The translations under genes were made by a program, and so were the position numbers. Shown piece by piece: positions 12,391-21,871 of a DNA stretch of 64,000 bases. This stretch comes from Chloroflexota bacterium (lineage in GTDB: Bacteria; Chloroflexota; Chloroflexia; Thermomicrobiales; UBA6265): NCBI GenBank assembly GCA_023423795.1, contig JAFAEX010000098.1, positions 14,620 through 78,619 on the forward strand, in the 5' to 3' direction. Within the stretch, counting starts at the first letter, position 1, and the number at the start of each line of letters is the position of its first letter. The notes below the pieces were generated by a model. It was not told the origin of the DNA, did not search any database, and was given only the letters and a program-made list of their open reading frames with translations.

Positions 12391-13992
12391 TCAGTCGCCG
12401 GCGACCTCGGCGAGCGGCTCGCCGCCGGGCTTGTCGGCGTCATCGGTCGCGACGGCGTAACGGATGATGTCGGCGATCTGCCGGGTGAACCATTCGGCGA
12501 CATCGTCGGTCTCGACAACGCGGCGCAATGCCTCGGCGCGGATGCGGCGCTCGCCGAGCGGCATCGTGATCGCCTGCCGGATCGCGTCGGCGGTGCCCTC
12601 GACGTCGGCAGGGGAGACGAGCAGCGCGGCCTCCCCGAGTTGGGCGACCGCGCCGGCGCCTTCGGACAGGATGAGGACGCCGTTGCGCTCGTTGAGCAGG
12701 ACGCCTTCCTTCGCGACGAGGTTCATGCCGTCGATGATCGAGTTGACGAGTAGCACGTCGTACCACTTCATCGCGGCGAGCGCGCGGGGGTAGTTCTCGC
12801 CCATGATGAGGTGGATCGGCTGCCAGCCGGTCTCGACGTTGGCGTACTTGGCGTTGATCCGGCCGACGACGGCGCTCACGTCGTCGAGGTAATTCTGGTA
12901 CTCGAAGACGTCGAGGCGCGACGGGACGGTGATGGCGACGAAGTTCACCCGTCCCTGGTAGTCGCGATTCGCTTCGAGGAACCGGTCGAACGCCTTGAAT
13001 CCGCGGACGATGTTCTTGCTCGGCTCGGCGCGATCGACGCGCAGGATGGTGAACTCGTTCCAGTAGTTCGGCAGGTAGCGGTCGTGGGCGCGCGCTTCCT
13101 TGCCGTAGGCAGTGCGGCGCACGGCCTCGGTGTCGATCGAGATGGGGTAGTCGCGCACCTCGATCTGGCGGCCCCGCCACAGGATGTGGGCGCCGCCGTA
13201 ATCGATGGTCGCTTCGGGGACGTACGCCTCACAGGTGTACATGAACGATCGGGCGTGCTGACGGGTCTGGAAGCCGACGATGTCGTTGGAGAGCATGCCC
13301 TCGCAGATGGCGCGGCGCATGGCGGGCGGGATCAACCGCCAGTAATCGGGGTCCGGCCACGGGATGTGGACGAAGTGCTGGAGCACGGCGTTCGGTTTGC
13401 GCTCCCGGACCATGCCGGCGACGAGGTAGAGTTGGTAATCCTGGAGCATGATGATCGGGTCGTTTTCGCAATGCTCGCAGGCGGCCAGGATCTCGTCGGC
13501 GAACAATTGGTTGACGGCGACGTAGCCCTCGTTCCACGCGTCCCACGTTTCGTGGGTGATGTCGGGATCGCGCGGGGTGTCCCACAGGTAGTGCTGGAGG
13601 AACCAGAGCAGCGGGTTGGAGATGACGTTGTAGTACTTGTGGTAGCGGTCGGGTTCGGGCACGACGAACCGGAGGCGGAATTGCGTGGGGTTGCCGAACT
13701 CGATCAGGTCCTCGCCGCGCCGGCGGGCGACTTCAGCGCGGAGCCGGTCGCCTTCGGTCATGGACGCGGCCACCCAGATCGGCTGGTGCGTGCTGGCGAT
13801 GGCGCTTACGGCGGTGACCACCCCGCCGCTGCCCTTGCGGGCGGTGAAGGTGCCGTCGTCCTGGTGCGAGAACGTCACCGGGCCGCGGTTGGACGCGATG
13901 ATAAGCGGGCGTTCCCGCAGGATGCGGTCGATCTCGGCGGTAGGGATGTCGGGCCGGTCGTCCGGGTGTAGGTTGCGCCTGCTGCTGGACAT
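12391..13992 (-). CDS. otsA: Alpha,alpha-trehalose-phosphate synthase (GT20 family)
   Basis: Trimmed to ATG 13992 (MSSSRRNLHPDD). Motifs: IIASNRGPV...NPLLWFLQHYLWD...MLQDYQLYLV...HFVHIPWP...GFQT. Confidence 0.85.
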   Translation of the reverse strand: MSSSRRNLHPDDRPDIPTAEIDRILRERPLIIASNRGPVTFSHQDDGTFTARKGSGGVVTAVSAIASTHQPIWVAASMTEGDRLRAEVARRRGEDLIEFGNPTQFRLRFVVPEPDRYHKYYNVISNPLLWFLQHYLWDTPRDPDITHETWDAWNEGYVAVNQLFADEILAACEHCENDPIIMLQDYQLYLVAGMVRERKPNAVLQHFVHIPWPDPDYWRLIPPAMRRAICEGMLSNDIVGFQTRQHARSFMYTCEAYVPEATIDYGGAHILWRGRQIEVRDYPISIDTEAVRRTAYGKEARAHDRYLPNYWNEFTILRVDRAEPSKNIVRGFKAFDRFLEANRDYQGRVNFVAITVPSRLDVFEYQNYLDDVSAVVGRINAKYANVETGWQPIHLIMGENYPRALAAMKWYDVLLVNSIIDGMNLVAKEGVLLNERNGVLILSEGAGAVAQLGEAALLVSPADVEGTADAIRQAITMPLGERRIRAEALRRVVETDDVAEWFTRQIADIIRYAVATDDADKPGGEPLAEVAGD

Positions 13993-14176
13993 CGGTCGTG
14001 CCTCCCCCTCGGCGGGCCGGGTGCGCCGGCCGCCGAGTCCGCGTCTGCTGGGGTGATTATCGGCCGCGCGCGGCGATTCTGCTTGCCGAACGACTGGGCG
14101 TTGCGCCCGAACGGGGCCGGGGTTGCTACACTTCCCGTTCACTCGGTCGAGCGATTCGTGTTGTGGTGTGCAAGGC

Positions 14177-14527
14177 ATGGACCCGGCCAAGCCGAAGCGA
14201 CAACCCGAGGCGACGGACCCCGGCGAGCGCGCTTGCCCCTGGTGCGGCGGCGGCGATCTGCGGTTCGTCTCGCGCGGGTTCGCCGGCGCGACGGACGCCA
14301 ACGACCAGTATTTCGTATGCCAGGGCTGCAACCGGACGACGTTCGAAATGGTTTCCAAGACCGGACGCGAGATGCGTCTGGGGCGCTACAAGGCCGGCGA
14401 CACCTACCAGGACCGGACGAACCGGACGCGGTACCAGATCAACCGGGTCCTGAAGGTCGGCTCGAACGAGTTCCTGCTCTACCTCAAACCGCTGACGGCG
14501 GAAAGCTCCATCAGCGGCGGGATGTGA
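14177..14527 (+). CDS. Hypothetical small zinc-ribbon protein
   Basis: Trimmed to ATG 14177 (MDPAKPKRQ). It has CPWC..(26 aa)..CQGC and GC3-rich codon usage typical of real genes in this window. Confidence 0.65.
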   Translation: MDPAKPKRQPEATDPGERACPWCGGGDLRFVSRGFAGATDANDQYFVCQGCNRTTFEMVSKTGREMRLGRYKAGDTYQDRTNRTRYQINRVLKVGSNEFLLYLKPLTAESSISGGM

Positions 14528-14682
14528 CCCGGTCGATTGGAGCAGGAACGGACTGGCGCGGTTCGACCGCGCCGACGTCCTTGCGTTGGCTGTCCGGCCG
14601 CAGAGGGCAGCCCGGCACGAAGTCCGGGCGCAGGCGCCGCGATCCCACGTCGTACCGAGAAATCAGGCTGGTCACGCTCCCC

Positions 14683-14762
14683 GTCATCCCGAGCCTGTCG
14701 AGGGATCTCGTCGTTGCCGTAAATCGGAGGAGGACGAGATCCCTCGACAGGCTCGAGGTGAC
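14683..14762. repeat. REP-type palindromic hairpin (family GTCATCCCGAGCNTGTCGAGGGATCTCGTC)
   Basis: Left arm 14683-14712 and right arm 14733-14762 (GACGAGATCCCTCGACAGGCTCGAGGTGAC) with a 20-nt loop. It sits in an intergenic gap between convergent genes. Confidence 0.9.
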
Positions 14763-14804
14763 GATTGGGGCAGTGACGATTCGCCCGGTTTGGAACGAGG
14801 CGGA

Positions 14805-17429
14805 TCACTCGATCGGCGGGCCGGCGATGCCGACGGCGACGTGGTCCGGGTCGAGGTGCGTTTGGGCGGCGCGAAGGACGTCCTCGATGGTGAGCGACCG
14901 GATGATGTCCGGGTAGCGATCGAGGTAGTCGAGGCCCAACCCGAAGTACTCGATGGCGAGCAGTGTCGAAGCGACGCCGTCGTTCGTTTCGAGTGCGAGC
15001 GGCAGGACGCCGGTCAGGTAACTCTGGGCATCCTCCAACTCGTCGGTAGCGACCGGGGAACTCGCGACCAGGCGCAGTTCGTCGAGGATCGCGTCCCGTG
15101 CCCGCTCGACGTTGGCGGGATCGACGCCGGCGCGGGCGGCCCAGACGCTGCCGGTCCGGCCGGCTTCCAGCCCGGAGAAGGCGTAGTAGGCGAGGCCCTG
15201 CTTGTCGCGGACGTTTGCGCCGAGACGGCCCATTAGCCCGAGCCGGCCGAGGATCAGGTTCGCGACGTCGAGCGCGTAGTAGTCCGGGTGGGAGCGCGGG
15301 ATGGTCGGCAGCCCGATGGCGAGGTCGGCCTGGCTCTTGCCCGGGATGCCTTCCCGGGTTGACTCGGTCCCGGAGCGAGCCGGGGCTGCCGGAGGATCGC
15401 CGAGGGGTTCGGCGCCGCCGTGCCAGTCGCCGAACGCGGCCTCGATCTGGGCGGCGGCCGATGCGACGTCGGGGATGCCGCCGACGACGGCGACGACGGC
15501 GCCCTGCGGTCCGTACGATGCAGCGTGGAACGCGGCGAGCTCGTCGCGCTCGATCGCGGGCACGGTGTCGAGGTCGCCGGACGAGCGGCGGCCGAGCGGG
15601 TGCGGCGCCGGGTAGAGCAGTTTCCGCAAGGTGCGCTCGGCGGTGGAGCGGGTGTCCTGGTTGGCCTCGCGGATGCCGGTGAGCAGTTCGTTGCGGACGC
15701 GCTCGACTTCGTCGGGTGGGAAGTCGGGCTCGCGCAGGACGTTCGCGGCGAGCGCGATCATCGCCGGCATGTCTTCGCGCAGGCAGCGAACGGCGACCTC
15801 GACGTTGATCCGGCCGGCGTCCATGCCGATGGTCGCGCCGAGGTCGTCGGTGAAGTCGTTGATGTCGGAAAAACTCTGTCCGCTCGCGCCGCGCAGAAGC
15901 GACCGCGCTGTGAGGACGGCGAGACCTTCCTTGCCCTCGGGGTCGCGCAGGGAGCCGGCCTGCACCCTGAACCGCAGGGAGACGCCGGGGTCGTCCGGCT
16001 GGGCCTGTCCGAGGACGACGATGCCGTTGCCGAGTTCGTGCCGCTCGAAGGGCGGGCGTTCGGTTGGCGGCGGGCCGCCCGGACCGCCGATGCCCCAGAG
16101 GTTCCACACGCCGGCTGGCTGGTCGGGCGCTTCGGTTTCGCCGCCGGACTCGGTGGGGACGAGCCAGCCGACTGTGCGCGCCTCCGGCTTCAGCCACATC
16201 TGAACCGCTCGCTGCACGTCGTCCGGCGTCACCCGTTCGAGTTCGGGGACGAGGGCATCGACCCGCTTCCAGGAATCGACGATCTCCATCTGGCCGAGCC
16301 AGAACGCCTGGTTGGTGACGCCCTCGGCGGAATAGACGTACTGGGCCTTGACCTGCTTGATGGCGCGCCGCAGTTCGTCGTCGGGCACGATTTCGTCGCG
16401 TAACCGGGTGATTTCGGAGTCGAGCACGGCCTCGACGCGCTCCGGTTCGACGGCCGGCAGGCAGGTCGCGCCGAAGCCGAAGAGGTACGGGTCGATGTGG
16501 AGGCCGATGTCGCTGCCGGTCGAGCGCGCGAGGCCGCCGCTGACGAGCGCGCGGAAGAGGCGGGAGGAGCGCCCCATCGGGCCGCCGCCGGCGAGACCCA
16601 TGCCCTTGCCGCCGGAGAGGACCGCGTCGGCGACCATCAGCGCCGGGATGTCCGGGTGTCGGGCGTCCGGGGCGTGGTAGGCCATCCGCACGTAGGCGGT
16701 CGCGGCGGGGTGGCGGAGCAGCACCCGGCGTTCGGCGCGCTGCGGCGGCTCCTGGGCAACGGTTTGCGAAACCGGGTCGCCCGCCGGAATCGGGCCAAAG
16801 CGGTCGGCGATCCTCGCCAGCAGGTCGTCGGCGTCGAAGCCGCCGACGGCGACGATGAAGGCGTTGTTCGGCACGTAGAAGCGGCGGTAGTGGTTGTAGA
16901 GATCGTCGCGGGTCATCGAGCGCAGGTCGGCTTCGTGGCCGATGACCATGTGCCGGTACGGGTGGGCGCGGAACGCGGAGCCGACGACCTCCTCGTAGAG
17001 CAGGTAGCCGGGGTTGTTCTCCGAACCCTGCCGTTCGGAGAGGATGACGGTCCGCTCGGACTCGGTTTCCTCCGGGTCGAACAGGGAATTGTTCATCCGG
17101 TCGGATTCGATGGCGAGCGAGAGGTCGAGCCGATCGACCGGCAGCGTTTCGAAGTATGCCGTCCAGTCGTTGGAGGTAAGCGCGTTCAGGGTGCCGCCGT
17201 TGCGGGAAACGTCGCGGAAGATCTGGCCCTTGGCGATGGTCGGTGTGCCCTTGAACTGCATGTGCTCGACCCAGTGGGACGCTCCCGTCATGCCGGGCAG
17301 TTCGTTGCGGCTGCCGACCCGGTAGAAGACCCAGAACGAGGCGAGCGGCGCGGCGTGGTCTTCGCGCAGGAGGACCTGGAGGCCGTTGTCGAGGGTGGAA
17401 TGGCGAACGGCGGTGTCGTGGCTGCCCAT
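14805..17429 (-). CDS. M16 (pitrilysin/insulinase) family zinc peptidase, fused active plus inactive halves
   Basis: Trimmed to ATG 17429, which has AGGAG upstream. The inverted zinc motif HWVEH lies in the N-terminal half. The second half (ERHELGNGIVVLGQ...) is M16-like without HxxEH. The whole is one uninterrupted 874-aa frame. Confidence 0.88.
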   Translation of the reverse strand: MGSHDTAVRHSTLDNGLQVLLREDHAAPLASFWVFYRVGSRNELPGMTGASHWVEHMQFKGTPTIAKGQIFRDVSRNGGTLNALTSNDWTAYFETLPVDRLDLSLAIESDRMNNSLFDPEETESERTVILSERQGSENNPGYLLYEEVVGSAFRAHPYRHMVIGHEADLRSMTRDDLYNHYRRFYVPNNAFIVAVGGFDADDLLARIADRFGPIPAGDPVSQTVAQEPPQRAERRVLLRHPAATAYVRMAYHAPDARHPDIPALMVADAVLSGGKGMGLAGGGPMGRSSRLFRALVSGGLARSTGSDIGLHIDPYLFGFGATCLPAVEPERVEAVLDSEITRLRDEIVPDDELRRAIKQVKAQYVYSAEGVTNQAFWLGQMEIVDSWKRVDALVPELERVTPDDVQRAVQMWLKPEARTVGWLVPTESGGETEAPDQPAGVWNLWGIGGPGGPPPTERPPFERHELGNGIVVLGQAQPDDPGVSLRFRVQAGSLRDPEGKEGLAVLTARSLLRGASGQSFSDINDFTDDLGATIGMDAGRINVEVAVRCLREDMPAMIALAANVLREPDFPPDEVERVRNELLTGIREANQDTRSTAERTLRKLLYPAPHPLGRRSSGDLDTVPAIERDELAAFHAASYGPQGAVVAVVGGIPDVASAAAQIEAAFGDWHGGAEPLGDPPAAPARSGTESTREGIPGKSQADLAIGLPTIPRSHPDYYALDVANLILGRLGLMGRLGANVRDKQGLAYYAFSGLEAGRTGSVWAARAGVDPANVERARDAILDELRLVASSPVATDELEDAQSYLTGVLPLALETNDGVASTLLAIEYFGLGLDYLDRYPDIIRSLTIEDVLRAAQTHLDPDHVAVGIAGPPIE

Positions 17430-17607
17430 CGAGGCTCCTGTCGTGTGGGAGGTTCCGCGCGAGGCGATCCGAACGTTGCGAGTATGGCGCACGACGGCGC
17501 GATCGGGTCGCCGAAAAGCCCGGGGACAGTCAGCGAAACAGCTAGAATGGGCGGCGACAGGGCGACGTGGCACCCGGCTGGTCCGGGGTGGACGAGGAGG
17601 ATGTCAG

Positions 17608-17934
17608 GTGGCGCAACTGGACCCCGAGCCGAATTACGACCAGATGCTGCAGGAGCGCACGGTCGCCTACCTGCAGACGAAGGACTGGCGGCTGTTTCCG
17701 TTCAGCAAGGGGTTCGACGCCGCCCAGCGGAAGGCGTTCATGCGCGACCTCCGGGAAGGACTGGCGGAACTGACCGACAGCGGCAGCGCGCGCAAAACCT
17801 CGGCCACCGGATTCCTGGTGAGCGACCAGCGGCTGCGCGACATCGTGCGCGAATGGGCGGCGGCCAAGGGCGGCTGGCCGGCCGGCGCGAACCCGGCGGC
17901 GCGCGTCACGGCAGTAACGGCTATCGCCGAGTAG
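17608..17934 (+). CDS. Hypothetical protein (108 aa)
   Basis: GTG 17608 lies 7 nt after GAGGAGG. A TAGAAT -10-like hexamer is about 60 nt upstream. Coding-like codon usage, but I recognise no family. Confidence 0.55.
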   Translation: MAQLDPEPNYDQMLQERTVAYLQTKDWRLFPFSKGFDAAQRKAFMRDLREGLAELTDSGSARKTSATGFLVSDQRLRDIVREWAAAKGGWPAGANPAARVTAVTAIAE

Positions 17935-17960
17935 CGGCATCTTGACCGAGAACACAGATC

Positions 17961-17997
17961 GGCCGCGCCTCGATTCCGGGCGCGGCCGTTTCGTTTT
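17961..17997 (+). terminator. Rho-independent terminator
   Basis: Stem GGCCGCGCC (17961-17969) / GGCGCGGCC (17979-17987), followed by GTTTCGTTTT. Confidence 0.65.
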
Positions 17998-18090
17998 CCT
18001 GTTGCCGCACGAATCGCGAGCGGGCGGTACAGGCGGTTCGCACGTTCCGATGCATTGCGGTGACGGGTGCACCGTCACGGCCTCGCACCC

Positions 18091-18170
18091 GTCATCCCGA
18101 GCGTGTCGAGGGATCTCGTCGTCTCAGCAATTCGGGAAAGGACGCAATCCCTCGACACGCTCGGGATGAC
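18091..18170. repeat. REP-type palindromic hairpin (same family)
   Basis: Arms GTCATCCCGAGCGTGTCGAGGGATCTCGTC (18091-18120) and GACGCAATCCCTCGACACGCTCGGGATGAC (18141-18170) with a 20-nt loop. Confidence 0.9.
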
Positions 18171-18209
18171 AGAGGTAGCGGCTCGGAGTGGCGTTAGACG
18201 CGGCTCGGC

Positions 18210-19349
18210 TCAGGCGCGGGCACCGGAGAGCAAGCGGTCGATGGCGAGGATCGGAATCGGGCGGTTAGCCGGATCGAGGGCGAGCGAGACGAGGTGTTCG
18301 CCGGCGGCGGGCGCGAACTTGAAGCCGTGACCGGAGAAACCGGCGGCGATGACGACGTTCGCGTGCTCCGGGTGGCGGTCCATCACGAAATGCTCGTCCG
18401 GCGTCAGGGTGTAGAGGCAGACGGCGCTCTGGGTGACCTGCGCGCCGACGCCGGGGAAGAGGCGAGCGACGGTCTCCTGCACGAGCGCGCCCTCGTTCGG
18501 CCGGGTGGTGCGATCCGGGTGTTCGGGATCGAACGGTTCGCCGCCGGTATGCTCGGCCGCCTTCAGGCCGTTGGCGTCGATCACCGGGAATCCGTAGATC
18601 GAGACCTCGCCTTCGTCGGCGATGAAAACCGGGAAGCGATCCGGTGCGAAGGCCGCCGGGTCGTTGGCGGTGAACCACCACAGCGTCTTGCGCAGCACGG
18701 TCAAGGGAAGACCGAGGTCGGAGAGCGCGCGGCCGGCCCAGGCCCCGGCGGAGACGATCAGTCGGTCGGCGGTGTACTCGCCCTTGTCGGTGCGAACGCG
18801 AACGCCGTCGCCGTCGGCCTCCCAGCCTAGGGCCTGTTCGCCGTCGCGCAGTTCGACGCCGCGCTTCGTCGCCCCGGCCATCATGCCGCGCAGGGCGGGC
18901 TCGGTGAGGACGAACCCGGCTTCGGGGCTGAACAGGACGTCCCAGCCGTCGGGAATTGCGATCTGCGGCCAGTGCGCACGCGCATCGGCAGGCGAGAGCC
19001 ACTCGAAGGGGATGCCGTGGTCCTCGGCGCTCTGCCGGGCCGCACGGGCGTGCTCGCCGCCGGGGGAGGAAAGTTCCAGCCCGCCGCACTGGACGTAGAT
19101 CTCCTGCCCGGTTTCGGCTTCCAGTTCGCGCCACAGGTCGCCGGCGCGGCGGACGAGCGGCACGTAGTCGGGCGACTCGGCGTACGCCTGCCGATAGATG
19201 CGGGTCTGCCCACCGTGCGCGCCCCGGTCGTGGACGTGGCCGAAGCGCTCGATGACCAGCGCCTTCGAACCATGCTTGCCGAGTTCCCAGGCAGCGGCGG
19301 AGCCCATCGTGCCGCCGCCGAGGACGATGACGTCGTAGTGCGTAGCCAA
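18210..19349 (-). CDS. FAD-dependent oxidoreductase, monomeric sarcosine oxidase / N-methyltryptophan oxidase-like
   Basis: Trimmed to TTG 19349, which has GGGAGGGAG upstream. Motifs: dinucleotide fold YDVIVLGGGTMGSAAAWEL and C-terminal AAGFSGHGFKFAPAAGE. Confidence 0.8.
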   Translation of the reverse strand: MATHYDVIVLGGGTMGSAAAWELGKHGSKALVIERFGHVHDRGAHGGQTRIYRQAYAESPDYVPLVRRAGDLWRELEAETGQEIYVQCGGLELSSPGGEHARAARQSAEDHGIPFEWLSPADARAHWPQIAIPDGWDVLFSPEAGFVLTEPALRGMMAGATKRGVELRDGEQALGWEADGDGVRVRTDKGEYTADRLIVSAGAWAGRALSDLGLPLTVLRKTLWWFTANDPAAFAPDRFPVFIADEGEVSIYGFPVIDANGLKAAEHTGGEPFDPEHPDRTTRPNEGALVQETVARLFPGVGAQVTQSAVCLYTLTPDEHFVMDRHPEHANVVIAAGFSGHGFKFAPAAGEHLVSLALDPANRPIPILAIDRLLSGARA

Positions 19350-19393
19350 CGCGGTCGCTCCCTCCCAACTGGTTCGCCGGCCGATGCAGGATG

Positions 19394-20122
19394 CTAGCGA
19401 TTCTCTCGCGGCTCCGAGCGGCCGTAAACGGGGCGCGGGCCGCCGGAAGGCGCCGCCCAGCGGGCCGCGTTGGCGATGACCCGCCGCACTTCGGCGTTGT
19501 GGTAGGTCGGGAAACTCTCGTGGCCGGGACGGAAATAGAAGATCTTGCCGGCGCCGCGGGTGTAGCAGCACCCGGAGCGGAAGACCTCGCCGCCGGTGAA
19601 CCAGGAAACGAATACCAGTTCGTCCGGCGGCGGCACATCGAAGTGTTCGCCGTACATCTCCTCGCGGTCGAGTTCGATGCACTCGCCGAGGCCCTCGGCG
19701 ATCGGGTGGCCGGGGTTGACGACCCAAAGGCGCTCAGAGTCCTCGCCGACCCGCCACTTGAGGTCGCAGGTGGTGCCCATCAGTTTCTTGAAGATCTTCG
19801 AGAAGTGGCCGGAGTGGAGGACGATCATCCCCATGCCGGCCATGACCCGCTTGTGGACGCGGTCCACGATGGCGTCATCGACCTCGCCGTGGGCCTTGTG
19901 GCCCCACCATACGAGGACATCGGTCGCGTCCAGCCGCTCGTCGGTAAGGCCGTGCTCCGGTTCGTCGAGGGTGGCGGTGGCGACCTCGAAGTGCGCGTCG
20001 CCGGCCAGACCGGCGGCGATCGCGCCGTGGATGCCCTCCGGATAGATATCCCCGTAGACCGGGTTCTCGCGCTCGTGGCGGTACTCGTTCCAGATGGTGA
20101 CGCGGATCGGGCGGTCGGTCAC
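19394..20122 (-). CDS. thuA: ThuA-like (trehalose utilisation) protein
   Basis: Motifs: [12 protein letters not shown]...LDEPEHGLT...[13 protein letters not shown]...[25 protein letters not shown]...[11 protein letters not shown]. Confidence 0.85.
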   Translation of the reverse strand: MTDRPIRVTIWNEYRHERENPVYGDIYPEGIHGAIAAGLAGDAHFEVATATLDEPEHGLTDERLDATDVLVWWGHKAHGEVDDAIVDRVHKRVMAGMGMIVLHSGHFSKIFKKLMGTTCDLKWRVGEDSERLWVVNPGHPIAEGLGECIELDREEMYGEHFDVPPPDELVFVSWFTGGEVFRSGCCYTRGAGKIFYFRPGHESFPTYHNAEVRRVIANAARWAAPSGGPRPVYGRSEPRENR

Positions 20123-20147
20123 GGAATCCTCCGGCGTATGACGGTCG

Positions 20148-21248
20148 CTATTCGACCGGCAGTTCGCGCCCGGCTTCGGCCGAGCGGTAGATCGATTCGA
20201 TGAGGCGGACGCGATCGAGCCCCTCCTGCGCGGAAGGCGAGATCGGCCCGCCGTCGAGGATGGCGGTCACGAAGCGGCTGATGATCTCGCCGTGGCCGTG
20301 GCGCGAGAGCAGGCGCGGCTCGGTGACGGTCGGGGTGCCGTCGATGTCGCCGAAGAGTTTGAGGGTGCCGGTGTCGGCGTAATCCTTCGCGTGAATCTCC
20401 GCGCCGCCGTCGCTGCCCATGAAGGAGACGCCGAATTCGTCGGTATGGCGGGTGTAACCAGCCCACGAGGCGTCGAGTTGGAGGGTCGCGCCGTCCTCGA
20501 AGCGGATGAGCGCGGTGGCGAAGTCCTCGACCTCGTACGGCACGCCGGGGGTGACGGTGAACCGGCCGCCCTGCCACTGGCCCTTGCCGCGGGTGCCCAG
20601 TTCGTTGTAGGTCGCGGCGAAAACGGCGACCGGCTTCGGATTGCCCATGATCCAGAGCGCCATGTCGAGGACGTGGACGCCGAGATCGATCAACGGGCCG
20701 CCGCCGGCCTGCGCCTTGTTGGTGAACCACGAGCCGAGGCCGGGGATGCCGGAGCGGCGCATCCAGAACGCCTTGGCGTGGTAGATGCGCCCGAGCCGGC
20801 CGGCGGCGACCTCCTGCTGCACGATCTGGACGTCGTGCCGGCCGCGCCGGTTGAACAGGATCATGACGACCTTGCCCGAGGCTTCGGCGGCGCGGACCAT
20901 CTCGGCGCCTTCGACCGAATCCTGGGCGAGCGGTTTCTCCACCAGCACGTGCTTGCCGGCCGCCAGCGCCGCCAGCGTGACCGGCTTGTGCAGGTGGTTC
21001 GGCACGGCGATGGAAACGGCGTCGATGTCCGGTTCGGCCAGCAGTTCCTGATAGTCGCCGAAGCGGCGGGGTACGCCGAACCGGTTCTGGAGGGCGACGC
21101 AGCGGTCGGTGTCGAGCCCGGCGAGGGCGACGACCTCGGCGCGCGGTTCCTTCTCGTAGCCTTCGAGGTGGAATACCCCGATGCCGCAGCCAATGATCCC
21201 GACGCGCAGTTTGCGTTGTTCGTCCGCCACCCGCCTGGCCCTCCCCAA
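20148..21248 (-). CDS. Gfo/Idh/MocA family NAD(P)-dependent oxidoreductase (ThuB-like partner)
   Basis: Motifs: [14 protein letters not shown]...[31 protein letters not shown]. The start may instead be GTG 21230. Confidence 0.85.
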   Translation of the reverse strand: MGRARRVADEQRKLRVGIIGCGIGVFHLEGYEKEPRAEVVALAGLDTDRCVALQNRFGVPRRFGDYQELLAEPDIDAVSIAVPNHLHKPVTLAALAAGKHVLVEKPLAQDSVEGAEMVRAAEASGKVVMILFNRRGRHDVQIVQQEVAAGRLGRIYHAKAFWMRRSGIPGLGSWFTNKAQAGGGPLIDLGVHVLDMALWIMGNPKPVAVFAATYNELGTRGKGQWQGGRFTVTPGVPYEVEDFATALIRFEDGATLQLDASWAGYTRHTDEFGVSFMGSDGGAEIHAKDYADTGTLKLFGDIDGTPTVTEPRLLSRHGHGEIISRFVTAILDGGPISPSAQEGLDRVRLIESIYRSAEAGRELPVE

Positions 21249-21476
21249 GGCAACCGGCCCGTCCGTTCCCGACGCGGGAGCATGGCACCGGCCGCAACGC
21301 CGCGCAAGGGACGCGATGCCGCTTCCCGCGGCGTCCCTTCCCGACGGGCGGCAGCGCGCAATCCCCGCGCCGCGGCGCCGGACTGGGTGCGGTTCGGCAC
21401 GGCGTTTGCGGCGTCGTCAGCCGGTCCGCCGGACTCGGCGGATCTGGGAAGTGGCGACGATCGAGGAGAACGCGGG

Positions 21477-21689
21477 ATGCCGTACGAGAAGCGATCCGAC
21501 TTGCCGGAAAGCGTGCGGGACAACCTGCCGGCGCACGCGCAGGACATCTACAAGGAAGCGTTCAACAGCGCGTGGGATCAGTACGACAACGACGAACCGC
21601 GGGCGCACCGCGTCGCGTGGGGCGCGGTGGAGCGCTCGTACCACAAGAACGAATCCGGAAAATGGGTGGAGGGCGCGACCAGGGATTGA
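21477..21689 (+). CDS. chaB: ChaB family protein
   Basis: This is the tail of a spurious 465-aa track ORF. ATG 21477 follows GAGGAG. Sequence: MPYEKRSDLPESVRDNLPAHAQDIYKEAFNSAWDQY...AHRVAWGAVERSYHK. Confidence 0.75.
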   Translation: MPYEKRSDLPESVRDNLPAHAQDIYKEAFNSAWDQYDNDEPRAHRVAWGAVERSYHKNESGKWVEGATRD

Positions 21690-21720
21690 CCTCGACCCGA
21701 CGTATCGATGCCAGCGCGCT

Positions 21721-21815
21721 ACCCATCGTCATCCCGAGCTTGTCGAGGGATCTCGTCGTCACCGTAGCGTGGGAGGGGGACGAGATCCCTCGACAAGCTC
21801 GGGATGACGATGGGT
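21721..21815. repeat. REP-type palindromic hairpin (same family, longest arms)
   Basis: 37-nt arms ACCCATCGTCATCCCGAGCTTGTCGAGGGATCTCGTC (21721-21757) and the exact complement at 21779-21815. Confidence 0.92.
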
Positions 21816-21871
21816 TCGGGGCGACGGTTGCGGGGTCGTGACGATGGCGAACGCAGCGCTGGATCGGCTCG

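Noticed and set aside
14805-17429. Two separate M16 peptidase genes (the usual active/inactive pair)
   Set aside because: The frame is continuous with no stop or plausible internal start/RBS at the junction, so I call a single fused gene.
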